Below, piece after piece: positions 40,770 to 54,050 of a DNA stretch of 64,000 nucleotides. How positions within the stretch are numbered: the stretch's first letter is position 1; every line of letters starts with the position of its first letter. This DNA is from Utricularia gibba (Eukaryota; Plantae; Magnoliophyta). The DNA is taken from the NCBI GenBank assembly GCA_002189035.1, contig NEEC01000011.1:3360837-3424836 (forward strand), written 5' to 3'. The notes beneath the pieces were generated by a model that worked only from the letters and a program-made list of their open reading frames with translations, was not told the DNA's origin and made no database searches. Both the position numbers and the translations under genes were made by a program.

Positions 40770-43700
40770 CGATGATGCGACGACTTCGACGACAAATGAC
40801 ATGGATTTCTCGCTTCAAACGGTTGTGTTCCAACCCACACCTGATGCAGGCCTCGTGCACCATTCCGTATTTTGAATATCTTGAAAACCGTGATGAGCCG
40901 TTGCAACGACACACCGTTTCGAAGCTCATTCCAGAGCGGTCATCTTCCGTTTTTGAAGCTTCGTCGTCCGACGATGTATCAGAGCTCGAATTATTGCCTT
41001 ATATTAGCCTTCAATTGTGCCACAAAGTGGCCACGACGTTCGCGATGATGCGACTCGGGGCTTCCATTCGACGCAAATTGATTTCTCGCTTGCAAAATAT
41101 GCATTTCATTGGAAGGTGTGAAATTTTTTTTGAGGCGATCCCTTACAATGCACGGTTGTGTTCCAACCCACACCTGATGCAGGCTCGTGCACCATTCCGT
41201 ATTTTATCGATATCTTGAAAACCGTGATGAGCCACGTTGCCACGACACACGTTTCGAAGCTCATTCGGCGGTCATCTTCCGTTTGAAGCTTTCGTCCGAC
41301 AATATATCAGAGCTCGAATTATTGCCTTATATTAGCCTTCAATTGTGCCACAAAGTGGCCACGACGTTCGCGATGATGCGACTCGGACTTCCGATTCGAC
41401 GCGAATGGGTTTCTCGCTTTCAAAACATGGATTTCATTGGAAGGTGAAATTTTTCGTTTTTGAGGCGATCCCTTACAATGCCACGGTTGTGTTCCAGAGA
41501 AGGCTCGTGCAATTATTGCCCGTGATGATTGCGCATTAGCTCATTCCGGGCGGTCATCTTCCGTTTCGAAGCTTGTCGTCCGACATATATCAGAGCTCGA
41601 ATATTGCCTTATATTAGCCTTCAATTGTGCCACAAAGTGGCCACGACGTTCGCGATGATGCGACTCGGGCTTCCAATTCGACGCAAATGGATTTCTCGCT
41701 TCAAAACATATGATTTCATTGGAAGGTGTGAAATTTTCGTTTTTGAGGCGATCCCTTACAATGCCACGGTTGTGTTCCAACCCACACCTGATGAGGCCTC
41801 GTGCACCATTCCGTATTTTTAATATCTTGAAAACCGTGATGAGCCTTTGCGCACGACACACCGTTTCGAAGCTCAGGCGGTCATCTTCCGTTTTGAAGCT
41901 TTGTCGTTCGACAATGAAATTTTTTATTAAATTGTGCCAGGGCGAATGATGCCTCGGACTTCCGATTCGACGCGAATGCCACATATGGATTTCATTGGAA
42001 GGTGTGAAATTTTTTTTTAGAGGCGATCCCTTACAATGCCACGGTGTGTTCCAACCCACACCTGATGCAGGCCTCGTGCACCATTCCGTATTTTGTATAT
42101 CTTGAAAACCGTGATGAGCCGTTGCACACGACACACCGTTTCGAAGCTCATTCCAGCGGTCATCTTCCGTTTTTGAAGCTTCGTCGTCCGACGATGTATC
42201 AGAGCTCGAATTATTGCCTTATATTAGCCTTCAATTGTGCCACAAAGTGGCCACGACGTTCGCGATGATGCGACTCGGGGCTTCCATTCGACGCAATGGA
42301 TTTCTCGCTTCAAAACATATGCATTTCATTGGAAGGTGTGAAATTTTTGTTTTGAGGCGATCCCTTACAATGCCACGGTTGTGTTCCAACCCACACCTGA
42401 TGCAGGCTCGTGCACCATTCCGTATTTTTCGATATCTTGAAAACCGTGATGAGCCACGTCACGACACACCGTTTCGAAGCTCATTCCGGCGGTCATCTTC
42501 CGTTTTGAAGCTTCGTCGTTCGACAATGTATCAGAGCTCGAATTATTGCCTTATATTACCCTTCAATTGTGCCACAAAGTGGCCACGACGTTCGCGATGA
42601 TGCGACCTCGGACTTCCGATTCGACGCGAATGGTTTTCTCGCTTCAAAACATATGGATTTCATTGGAAGGTATGAAATTTTTGTTTTAGAGGCGAACCCT
42701 TACAATGCCACGGTGTGTTCCAACCCACACCTGATGCAGGCCTCGTGCACCATTCCGTATTTTGTAAATATCTTGAAAACCGTGATGAGCCTTGTTGCAC
42801 ACGACACACCGTTTCGAAGCTCATTCCAGAGCGGTCATCTTCCGTTTTTGAAGCTTCGTCGTCCGACGATGTATCAGAGCTCGAATTATTGCCTTATATT
42901 AGCCTTCAATTGTGCCACAAAGTGGCCACGACGTCGCGATGATGCGACTCGGGCTTCCAATTCGACGCAAATGTGATTTCTCGCTTGCAAAACATATGCA
43001 TTTCATTGGAAGGTGTGAAATTTTTGTTTTTGAGGCGATCCCTTACAATGCACGGTTGTGTTCCAACCCACACCTGATGCAGGCCTCGTGCACCATTCCG
43101 TATTTTTCGATATCTTGAAAACCGTGATGAGCCACGTTGCACACGACACACCGTTTCGAAGCTCATTCCGAGCGGTCATCTTCCGTTTTGAAGCTTCGTC
43201 GTCCGACGATGTATCAGAGCTCGAATTATTGCCTTATATTAGCCTTCAATTGTGCCACAAAGTGGCCACGACGTTCGCGATGATGCGACCTCGGACTTCC
43301 GATTCGACGCGAATGGTTTCTCGCTTTCAAAACATATGCATTTCATTGGAAGGTGTGAAATTTTTGTTTTTGAGGCGATCCCTTACAATGCCACGGTTGT
43401 GTTCCAACCCACACCTGATGAAGGCCTCGTGCACCATTCCGTATTTTTATCGATATCTTGAAAACCGTGATGAGCCACGTTGCGCACACGTTTCGACTCA
43501 TTCCACCGTTTCGACGAGCTCATTCCGAATTGTGCCACAAAGTGGCCACGACGTTCGCGATGATGCGACTCGGGCTCCGTTTTCGAAGCATTTCATTGTC
43601 GTTCAATGACAATGATGATCAGTAGCTCTTGAATGATGATTTGCCTTATATTAGCGGTCATCTTCCGTTTTGAAGCTTGTGTCCACGAATCAGTGCCTTA

Positions 43701-45615
43701 CGACGTTTCGCGATGATGCGACCTCGGACTTCCGATTCGACGCGAATGGGTTTTCTCGCATTCAAAACATATGGATTTCATTGGAAGGGTGAAATTTTGT
43801 TTTAGAGGCGCCCTTACAATGCCACGGTTGTGTTCCAACCCACACCTGATGCAGGCCTCGTGCACCATTCCGTATTTTGTAAATATCTTGAAAACCGTGA
43901 TGAGCCGTTGCACACGACACACCGTTTCGAAGCTCATTCCAGGCGGTCATCTTCCGTTTTTGAAGCTTCGTCGTCCGACGATGTATCAGAGCTCGAATTA
44001 TTGCCTTATATTAGCCTTCAATTGTGCCACAAAGTGGCCACGACGTTCGCGATGATGCGACTCGGACGTCCGACGATGACAGAGCGATCGAATTATTGCA
44101 TTCATATTAGCCTATGGATTTTGTGGAAAGGTGTGAAATGTGGCCACGACGTTCGCGATGATGCGACCTCGGACTTCCAATGCGACGGAATGTGATTTCC
44201 GAACAATGCCACACCTGATGCAGGCCTCGTGCACCATTCCGTATTTATCGAAGTATGTTGAAAACCGTTTTGAGCCACGTTTCACACGATCCCTTACCGT
44301 GCCACGTTTCGTGAGCTCATTCGACGCCACACCATCAGGCCTCAACCATTCCGTATTTTTCGATATCTTGAAAACCGTGATGAGCCACGTTCACACGACA
44401 CACCGTTTCGAAGCTCATTCCGAGCGGTCATCTTCCGTTTTGAAGCTTTGTCGTCCGACAATATATCAGAGCTCGAATTATTGCCTTATATTAGCCTTCA
44501 ATTGTGCCACAAAGTGGCCACGACGTTCGCGATGATGCGACCTCGGACTTCCGATTCGACGCGAATGGGTTTTCTCGCATTCAAGACATATGGATTTCAT
44601 TGGAAGGTATGAAATTTTTGTTTAAGAGGCGAACCCTTACAATGCCACGGTTGTGTTCCAACCCACACCTGATGCAGGCCTCGTGCACCATTCCGTATTT
44701 TGTATATCTTGAAAACCGTGATGAGCCCGTTGCACACGACACACCGTTTCGAAGCTCATTCCAGGCGGTCATCTTCCGTTTTGAAGCTTCGTCGTCCGAC
44801 GATGTATCAGAGCTCGAATATTGCCTTATATTAGCCTTCAATTGTGCCACAAAGTGGCCACGACGTACGCGATGATGCGACTCGGGGCTTCCAATTCGAC
44901 GCAAATGTGATTTCTCGCTTGCAAAACATATGCATTTCATTGGAAGGTGTGAAATTTTTGTTTTTGAGGCGATCCCTTACAATGCCACGGTTGTTCCAAC
45001 CCACACCTGATGCAGGCCTCGTGCACCATTCCGTATTTTATCGATATCTTGAAAACCGTGATGAGCCACGTTTCGCACGACACACCGTTTCGAAGCTCAT
45101 TCCGAGGCGGTCATCTTCCGTTTTGAAGCTTTGTCGTCCGACAATATCAGAGCTCGAATTATTGCCTTATATTAGCCTTCAATTGTGCCACAAAGTGGCC
45201 ACGACGTTCGCGATGATGCGACCTCGGACTTCCGATTCGACGCGAATGGTTTTCTCGCATTCAAACATATGGATTTCATTGGAAGGTGTGAAATTTTTGT
45301 TTTAGAGGCGAACCCTTACAATGCCACGGTGTGTTCCAACCCACACCTGATGCAGGCCTCGTGCACCATTCCGTATTTTGTCGATATCTTGAAAACCGTG
45401 ATGAGCCGTTGCACACGACACACCGTTTCGAAGCTCATTCCAGAGCGGTCATCTTCCGTTTTGAAGCTTCGTCGTCCGACGATGTATCAGAGCTCGAATT
45501 ATTGCCTATATTAGCCTTCAATTGTGCCACAAAGTGGCCACGACGTCGCGATGATGCGACTGTGCAAATTTCGGATGAGGTGTTCCGATTCGACGCGAAT
45601 TTTTCTCGTTTATGG
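40770..45615. other. Zone with repeated garbled patches (40770-40830, 41490-41560, 41870-41985, 43480-43720, 44065-44345, 45560-45615) between normal monomers
   Basis: The patches consist of monomer k-mers out of register and contain no foreign sequence. Confidence 0.65.
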
Positions 45616-48600
45616 ATTTCATTGGAAGGTATGAAATTTTTTTTAGAGGCGATCCCTTACAATGCCACGGTGTGTTCCAACCCACACCTGATGCAGGCCT
45701 CGTGCACCATTCCGTATTTTGATATCTTGAAAACCGTGATGAGCCTTGTTGCACACGACACACCGTTTCGAAGCTCATTCCAGGCGGTCATCTTCCGTTT
45801 TGAAGCTTCGTCGTCCGACGATGTATCAGAGCTCGAATTATTGCCTTATATTAGCCTTCAATTGTGCCACAAAGTGGCCACGACGTCGCGATGATGCGAC
45901 TCGGACTTCCGATTCGACGCAATGGATTTCTCGCTTGCAAGATATGCATTTCATTGGAAGGTGTGAAATTTTTGTTTTTGAGGCGATCCCTTACAATGCC
46001 ACGGTTGTGTTCCAACCCACACCTGATGCAGCCTCGTGCACCATTCCGTATTTTTCGATATCTTGAAAACCGTGATGAGCCACGTTTACACGACACACCG
46101 TTTCGAAGCTCATTCCGAGGCGGTCATCTTCCGTTTTCGAAGCTTTGTCGTCGACAATATATCAGAGCTCGAATTATTGCCTTATATTAGCCTTCAATTG
46201 TGCCACAAAGTGGCCACGACGTTCGCGATGATGCGACCTCGGACTTCCGATTCGACGCGAATGGGTTTTCTCGCATTCAAGACATATGGATTTCATTGGA
46301 AGGTATGAAATTTTTGTTTAGAGGCGAACCCTTACAATGCCACGGTGTGTTCCAACCCACACCTGATGCAGGCCTCGTGCACCATTCCGTATTTTGTAAA
46401 TATCTTGAAAACCGTGATGAGCCTTGTTGCACACGACACACCGTTTCGAAGCTCATTCCAGAGCGGTCATCTTCCGTTTTTGAAGCTTCGTCGTCCGACG
46501 ATGTATCAGAGATCGAATTATTGCCTTATATTAGCCTTCAATTGTGCCACAAAGTGGCCACGACGTACGCGATGATGCGACTCGGGGCTTCCAATTCGAC
46601 GCAAATGTGATTTCTCGCTTGCAAAAGATATGCATTTCATTGGAAGGTGTGAAATTTTTGTTTTTGAGGCGATCCCTTACAATGGCACGGTTGTGTTCCA
46701 ACCCACACCTGATGCAGGCCTCGTGCACCATTCCGTATTTTATCGATATCTTGAAAACCGTGATGAGCCACGTTTCACACGACACACCGTTTCGAAGCTC
46801 ATTCCGAGGCGGTCATCTTCCGTTTCGAAGCTTGTCGTTCGACAATATATCAGAGCTCGAATTATTGCCTTATATTAGCCTTCAATTGTGCCACAAAGTG
46901 GCCACGACGTTCGCGATGATGCGACCTCGGACTTCCGATTCGACGCGAATGGGTTTTCTCGCATTCAAGACATATGGATTTCATTGGAAGGTATGAAATT
47001 TTTGTTTTAGAGGCGAACCCTTACAATGCCACGGTTGTGTTCCAACCCACACCTGATGCAGGCCTCGTGCACCATTCCGTATTTTGTAATATCTTGAAAA
47101 CCGTGATGAGCCACGTTGCGCACGACACACCGTTTCGAAGCTCATTCCAGGGGTCATCTTCCGTTTTGAAGCTTCGTCGTCCGACAATATATCAGAGCGA
47201 ATTATTGCCTTATATTACCCTTCAATTGTGCCAAAAGTGGCCACGACGTTCGCGATGATGCGACCTCGGACTTCCGATTCGACGCGAATGGATTTCTCGC
47301 TTTCAAAACATATGCATTTCATTGGAAGGTGTGAAATTTTTTTTGAGGCGATCCCTTACAATGCCACGGTTGTGTTCCAACCCACACCTGATGCAGGCCT
47401 CGTGCACCATTCCGTATTTTCGATATCTTGAAAACCGTGATGAGCCACGTTCGCACGACACACGTTTCGAAGCTCATTCCAGGGCGGTCATCTTCCGTTT
47501 TTGAAGCTTCGTCGTCCGACGATGTATCAGAGATCGAATTATTGCCTTATATTAGCCTTCAATTGTGCCACAAAGTGGCCACGACGTTCGCGATGATGCG
47601 ACTCGGGGCTTCCGATTCGACGCAAATGTGATTTCTCGCTTGCAAAACATATGCATTTCATTGGAAGGTGTGAAATTTTCGTTTTAGAGGCGATCCCTTA
47701 CAATGCACGGTGTGTTCCAACCCACACCTGATGAAGGCCTCGTGCACCATTCCGTATTTTGTCGATATCTTGAAAACCGTGATGAGCCGCGTTGCGCACG
47801 ACACACCGTTTCGAAGCTCATTCCAGAGCGGTCATCTTCCGTTTTTGAAGCTTCGTCGTCCGACGATGTATCAGAGATCGAATTATTGCCTTATATTAGC
47901 CTTCAATTGTGCCACAAAGTGGCCACGACGTTCGCGATGATGCGACTCGGGCTTCCAATTCGACGCAAATGTGATTTCTCGCTTGCAAAAGATATGCATT
48001 TCATTGGAAGGTGTGAAATTTTTGTTTTGAGGCGATCCCTTACAATGCCACGGTGTGTTCCAACCCACACCTGATGCAGGCCTCGTGCACCATTCCGTAT
48101 TTTATCGATATCTTGAAACCGTGATGAGCCACGTAGCGTACGACACACTATTTCGAAGCTCATTCTAGGGCGGTCATCTTCCGTTTTGGAAGCTTCATCG
48201 TCCGACAATATATCAGAGCTGGAATTATTGCCTTATATTACCCTTCAATTGTGCCAAAAGTGGCCACGACGTTCGCGATGATGCGACCTCGGACTTCCGA
48301 TTCGACGCGAATGGGATTTCTCGCTTTCAAAACATATGGATTTCATTGGAAGGTGTGAAATTTTTCGTTTTTGAGGCGATCCCTTACAATGCCACGGTTG
48401 TGTTCCAACCCACACCTGATGAAGGCCTCGTGCACCATTCCGTATTTTTCGATATCTTGAAAACCGTGATGAGCCACGTTGCGCACGACACACCGTTTCG
48501 AAGCTCATTCCAGGCGGTCATCTTCCGTTTTTGAAGCTTCGTCGTCCGACAATATATCAGAGCTCGAATATTTCCTTATATTAGCCTTCAATTGTGCCAC

Positions 48601-51600
48601 AAAGTGGCCACGACGTTCGCGATGATGCGACTCGGGCTTCCAATTCGACGCAAATGTGATTTCTCGCTTGCAAAACATATGCATTTCATTGGAAGGTGTG
48701 AAATTTTCGTTTTAGAGGCGATCCCTTACAATGCCACGGTGTGTTCCAACCCACACCTGATGCAGGCCTCGTGCACCATTCCGTATTTTGTAAATATCTT
48801 GAAAACCGTGATGAGCCTTGTTGCACACGACACACCGTTTCGAAGCTCATTCCAGGCGGTCATCTTCCGTTTTTGAAGCTTCGTCGTCCGACAATATATC
48901 AGAGCTCGAATTATTGCCTTATATTAGCCTTCAATTGTGCCACAAAGTGGCCACGACGTTCGCGATGATGCGACTCGGGGCTTCCAATTCGACGCAAATG
49001 TGATTTCTCGCTTGCAAAACATATGCATTTCATTGGAAGGTGTGAAATTTTCGTTTTAGAGGCGATCCCTTACAATGCACGGTGTGTTTCCAACCCACAC
49101 CTGATGCAGGCCTCGTGCACCATTCCGTATTTTGTCGATATCTTAAAACCGTGATGAGCCGTTGCGCACGACACACCGTTTCGAAGCTCATTCCAGAGCG
49201 GTCATCTTCCGTTTTGAAGCTTCGTCGTCCGACGATGTATCAGAGCTCGAATTATTGCCTTATATTAGCCTTCAATTGTGCCACAAAGTGGCCACGACGT
49301 TCGCGATGATGCGACTCGGGCTTCCAATTCGACGCAAATGGATTTCTCGCTTGCAAAACATATGCATTTCATTGGAAGGTGTGAAATTTTTCGTTTTTGA
49401 GGCGATCCCTTACAATGCCACGGTTGTGTTCCAACCCACACCTGATGAAGGCCTCGTGCACCATTCCGTATTTTTCGATATCTTGAAACCGTGATGAGCC
49501 ACGTTGCGCACGACACACCGTTTCGAAGCTCATTCCAGGCGGTCATCTTCCGTTTTTGAAGCTTCGTCGTCCGACAATATATCAGAGCTCGAATTATTGC
49601 CTTATATTACCCTTCAATTGTGCCACAAAGTGGCCACGACGTTCGCGATGATGCGACTCGGGCTTCCAATTCGACGCAAATGTGATTTCTCGCTTGCAAA
49701 ACACATGCATTTCATTGGAAGGTGTGAAATTTTCGTTTTAGAGGCGATCCCTTACAATGCCACGGTGTGTTCCAACCCACACCTGATGCAGGCCTCGTGC
49801 ACCATTCCGTATTTTGTAAATATCTTGAAAACCGTGATGAGCCTTGTTGCACACGACACACCGTTTCGAAGCTCATTCCAGGCGGTCATCTTCCGTTTTT
49901 GAAGCTTCGTCGTCCGACGAATATATCAGAGCTCGAATTATTGCCTTATATTAGCCTTCAATTGTGCCACAAAGTGGCCACGACGTTCGCGATGATGCGA
50001 CTCGGGGCTTCCAATTCGACGCAAATGTGATTTCTCGCTTGCAAAACATATGCATTTCATTGGAAGGTGTGAAATTTTTTTTTTGAGGCGATCCCTTACA
50101 ATGCCACGGTTGTGTTCCAACCCACACCTGATGAAGGCCTCGTGCACCATTCCGTATTTTTCGATATCTTGAAAACCGTGATGAGCCACGTTGCGCACGA
50201 CACACCGTTTCGAAGCTCATTCCAGGCGGTCATCTTCCGTTTTGAAGCTTCGTCGTCCGACGATGTATCAGAGCTCGAATTATTGCCTTATATTAGCCTT
50301 CAATTGTGCCACAAAGTGGCCACGACGTTCGCGATGATGCGACTCGGGGCTTCCAATTCGACGCAAATGTGATTTCTCGCTTGCAAAACATATGCATTTC
50401 ATTGGAAGGTGTGAAATTTTCGTTTTTGAGGCGATCCCTTACAATGCCACGGTTGTGTTCCAACCCACACCTGATGAAGGCCTCGTGCACCATTCCGTAT
50501 TTTCGATATCTTGAAAACCGTGATGAGCCACGTTGCGCACGACACACCGTTTCGAAGCTCATTCCAGGGCGGTCATCTTCCGTTTTTGAAGCTTCGTCGT
50601 CCGACAATATATCAGAGCTCGAATATTGCCTTATATTACCCTTCAATTGTGCCACAAAGTGGCCACGACGTTCGCGATGATGCGACTCGGGCTTCCAATT
50701 CGACGCAAATGTGATTTCTCGCTTCAAAACATATGCATTTCATTGGAAGGTGTGAAATTTTCGTTTTAGAGGCGATCCCTTACAATGCCACGGTGTGTTC
50801 CAACCCACACCTGATGCAGGCCTCGTGCACCATTCCGTATTTTGATATCTTGAAAACCGTGATGAGCCACGTTGCACACGACACACCGTTTCGAAGCTCA
50901 TTCCAGGCGGTCATCTTCCGTTTTTGAAGCTTCGTCGTCCGACAATATATCAGAGCTCGAAAATTGCCTTATATTACCTTCAATTGTGCCACAAAGTGGC
51001 CACGACGTTCGCGATGATGCGACTCGGACTTCCATTCGACGCAAATGTGATTTCTCGCTTCAAAACATATGCATTTCATTGGAAGGTGTGAAATTTTCGT
51101 TTTAGAGGCGATCCCTTACAATGCACGGTGTGTTCCAACCCACACCTGATGAGGCCTCGTGCACCATTCCGTATTTTATCGATATCTTGAAAACCGTGAT
51201 GAGCCACGTTCCACGACACACCGTTTCGAAGCTCATTCCGAGGCGGTCATCTTCCGTTTTGAAGCTTTGTCGTTCGACAATATATCAGAGCTCGAATTAT
51301 TGCCTTATATTAGCCTTCAATTGTGCCACAAAGTGGCCACGACGTTCGCGATGATGCGACCTCGGACTTCCGATTCGACGCGAATGGGTTTTCTCGCATT
51401 CAAGACATATGGATTTCATTGGAAGGTATGAAATTTTTGTTTTAGAGGCGAACCCTTACAATGCCACGGTTGTGTTCCAACCCACACCTGATGCAGGCCT
51501 CGTGCACCATTCCGTATTTTATCGATATCTTGAAAACCGTGATGAGCCACGTTTCACACGACACACCGTTTCGAAGCTCATTCCGAGGCGGTCATCTTCC

Positions 51601-51998
51601 GTTTTGAAGCTTTGTCGTTCGACAATATATCAGAGCTCGAATTATTGCCTTATATTAGCCTTCAATTGTGCCACAAAGTGGCCACGACGTTCGCGATGAT
51701 GCGACCTCGGACTTCCGATTCGACGCGAATGGGTTTTCTCGCATTCAAAACATATGGATTTCATTGGAAGGTATGAAATTTTTGTTTAGAGGCGAACCCT
51801 TACAATGCCACGGTTGTGTTCCAACCCACACCTGATGCAGGCCTCGTGCACCATTCCGTATTTTGTAAATATCTTGAAAACCGTGATGAGCCTTGTTGCA
51901 CACGACACACCGTTTCGAAGCTCATTCCAGAGCGGTCATCTTCCGTTTTTGAAGCTTCGTCGTCCGACGATGTATCAGAGCTCGAATTATTGCCTTAT

Positions 51999-54050
51999 AT
52001 TAGCCTTCAATTGTGCCACAAAGTGGCCACGACGTACGCGATGATGCGACTCGGGGCTTCCAATTCGACGCAAATGTGATTTCTCGCTTGCAAAAGATAT
52101 GCATTTCATTGGAAGGTGTGAAATTTTGTTTTTGAGGCGATCCCTTACAATGGCACGGTTGTGTTCCAACCCACACCTGATGCAGGCCTCGTGCACCATT
52201 CCGTATTTTATCGATATCTTGAAACCGTGATGAGCCACGTAGCACGACACACGTTTCGAAGCTCATTCAGGGCGGTCATCTTCCGTTTTGGAAGCTTCAT
52301 TGTCCGACAATATATCAGAGCTCGAATTATTGCCTTATATTACCCTTCAATTGTGCCAAAAAGTGGCCACGACGTTCGCGATGATGCGACCTCGGACTTC
52401 CGATTCGACGCGAATGGGATTTCTCGCTTTCAAAACATATGGATTTCATTGGAAGGTGTGAAATTTTCGTTTTTGAGGCGATCCCTTACAATGCCACGGT
52501 TGTGTTCCAACCCACACCTGATGAAGGCCTCGTGCACCATTCCGTATTTTCTCGATATCTTGAAACCGTGATGAGCCACGTTGCGCACGACACACCGTTT
52601 CGAAGCTCATTCCAGGGCGGTCATCTTCCGTTTTTGAAGCTTCGTCGTCCGACAATATATCAGAGCTCGAATTATTTCCTTATATTACCCTTCAATTGTG
52701 CCACAAAAGTGGCCACGACGTTCGCGATGATGCGACCTCGGACTTCCGATTCGACGCGAATGGGATTTCTCGCTTTCAAAACATATGCATTTCATTGGAA
52801 GGTGTGAAATTTTTCGTTTTTGAGGCGATCCCTTACAATGCCACGGTTGTGTTCCAACCCACACCTGATGAAGGCCTCGTGCACCATTCCGTATTTTCTC
52901 GATATCTTGAAACCGTGATGAGCCACGTTGCGCACGACACACCGTTTCGAAGCTCATTCAGGCGGTCATCTTCCGTTTTGAAGCTTCGTTGTCCGACAAT
53001 ATATCAGAGCTCGAATTATTGCCTTATATTACCCTTCAATTGTGCCACAAAGTGGCCACGACGTTCGCGATGATGCGACTCGGGGCTTCCAATTCGACGC
53101 AAATGTGATTTCTCGCTTGCAAAACATATGCATTTCATTGGAAGGTGTGAAATTTTCGTTTTAGAGGCGATCCCTTACAATGCACGTGTGTGTTCCAACC
53201 CACACCTGATGCAGGCCCGTGCACCATTCCGTATTTTATCGATATCTTGAAACCGTGATGAGCCACGTTACGACACACTATTTCGAAGCTCATTCTAGGG
53301 CGGTCATCTTCCGTTTTGGAAGCTTCGTCGTCCGACAATATCAGAGCTCGAATTATTGCCTTATATTACCCTTCAATTGTGCCAAAAAGTGGCCACGACG
53401 TTCGCGATGATGCGACCTCGGACTTCCGATTCGACGCGAATGGGATTTCTCGCTTTCAAAACATATGGATTTCATTGGAAGGTGTGAAATTTTTCGTTTT
53501 TGAGGCGATCCCTTACAATGCCACGGTTGTGTTCCAACCCACACCTGATGAAGGCCTCGTGCACCATTCCGTATTTTCTCGATATCTTGAAACCGTGATG
53601 AGCCACGTTGCGCACGACACACCGTTTCGAAGCTCATTCCAGGGCGGTCATCTTCCGTTTTTGAAGCTTCGTCGTCCGACAATATATCAGAGCTCGAAAT
53701 TTCTTATATTTCCCTTCAATTGTGCCAAAAAGTGGCCACGACGTTCGCGATGATGCGACCTCGGACTTCCGATTCGACGCGAATGGGATTTCTCGCTTTC
53801 AAAACATATGCATTTCATTGGAAGGTGTGAAATTTTTCGTTTTTGAGGCGATCCCTTACAATGCCACGGTTGTTCCAACCCACACCTGATGAAGGCCTCG
53901 TGCACCATTCCGTATTTTATCGATATCTTGAAAACCGTGATGAGCCACGTTCCCACGACACACCGTTTCGAAGCTCATTCCGAGGCGGTCATCTTCCGTT
54001 TTCAAGCTTTGTCGTTCGACAATATATCAGAGCTCGAATTATTGCCTTAT
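51999..54050 (+). repeat. Two tandem copies of a Y*-Z-Z trimer
   Basis: Monomer starts are 51999/52339/52684 and 53028/53365/53708. Y*-like backs (cacgtag or cacacta, cattctaggg, ttggaagc, tgccaaaa) are each followed by two Z fronts. Confidence 0.6.
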
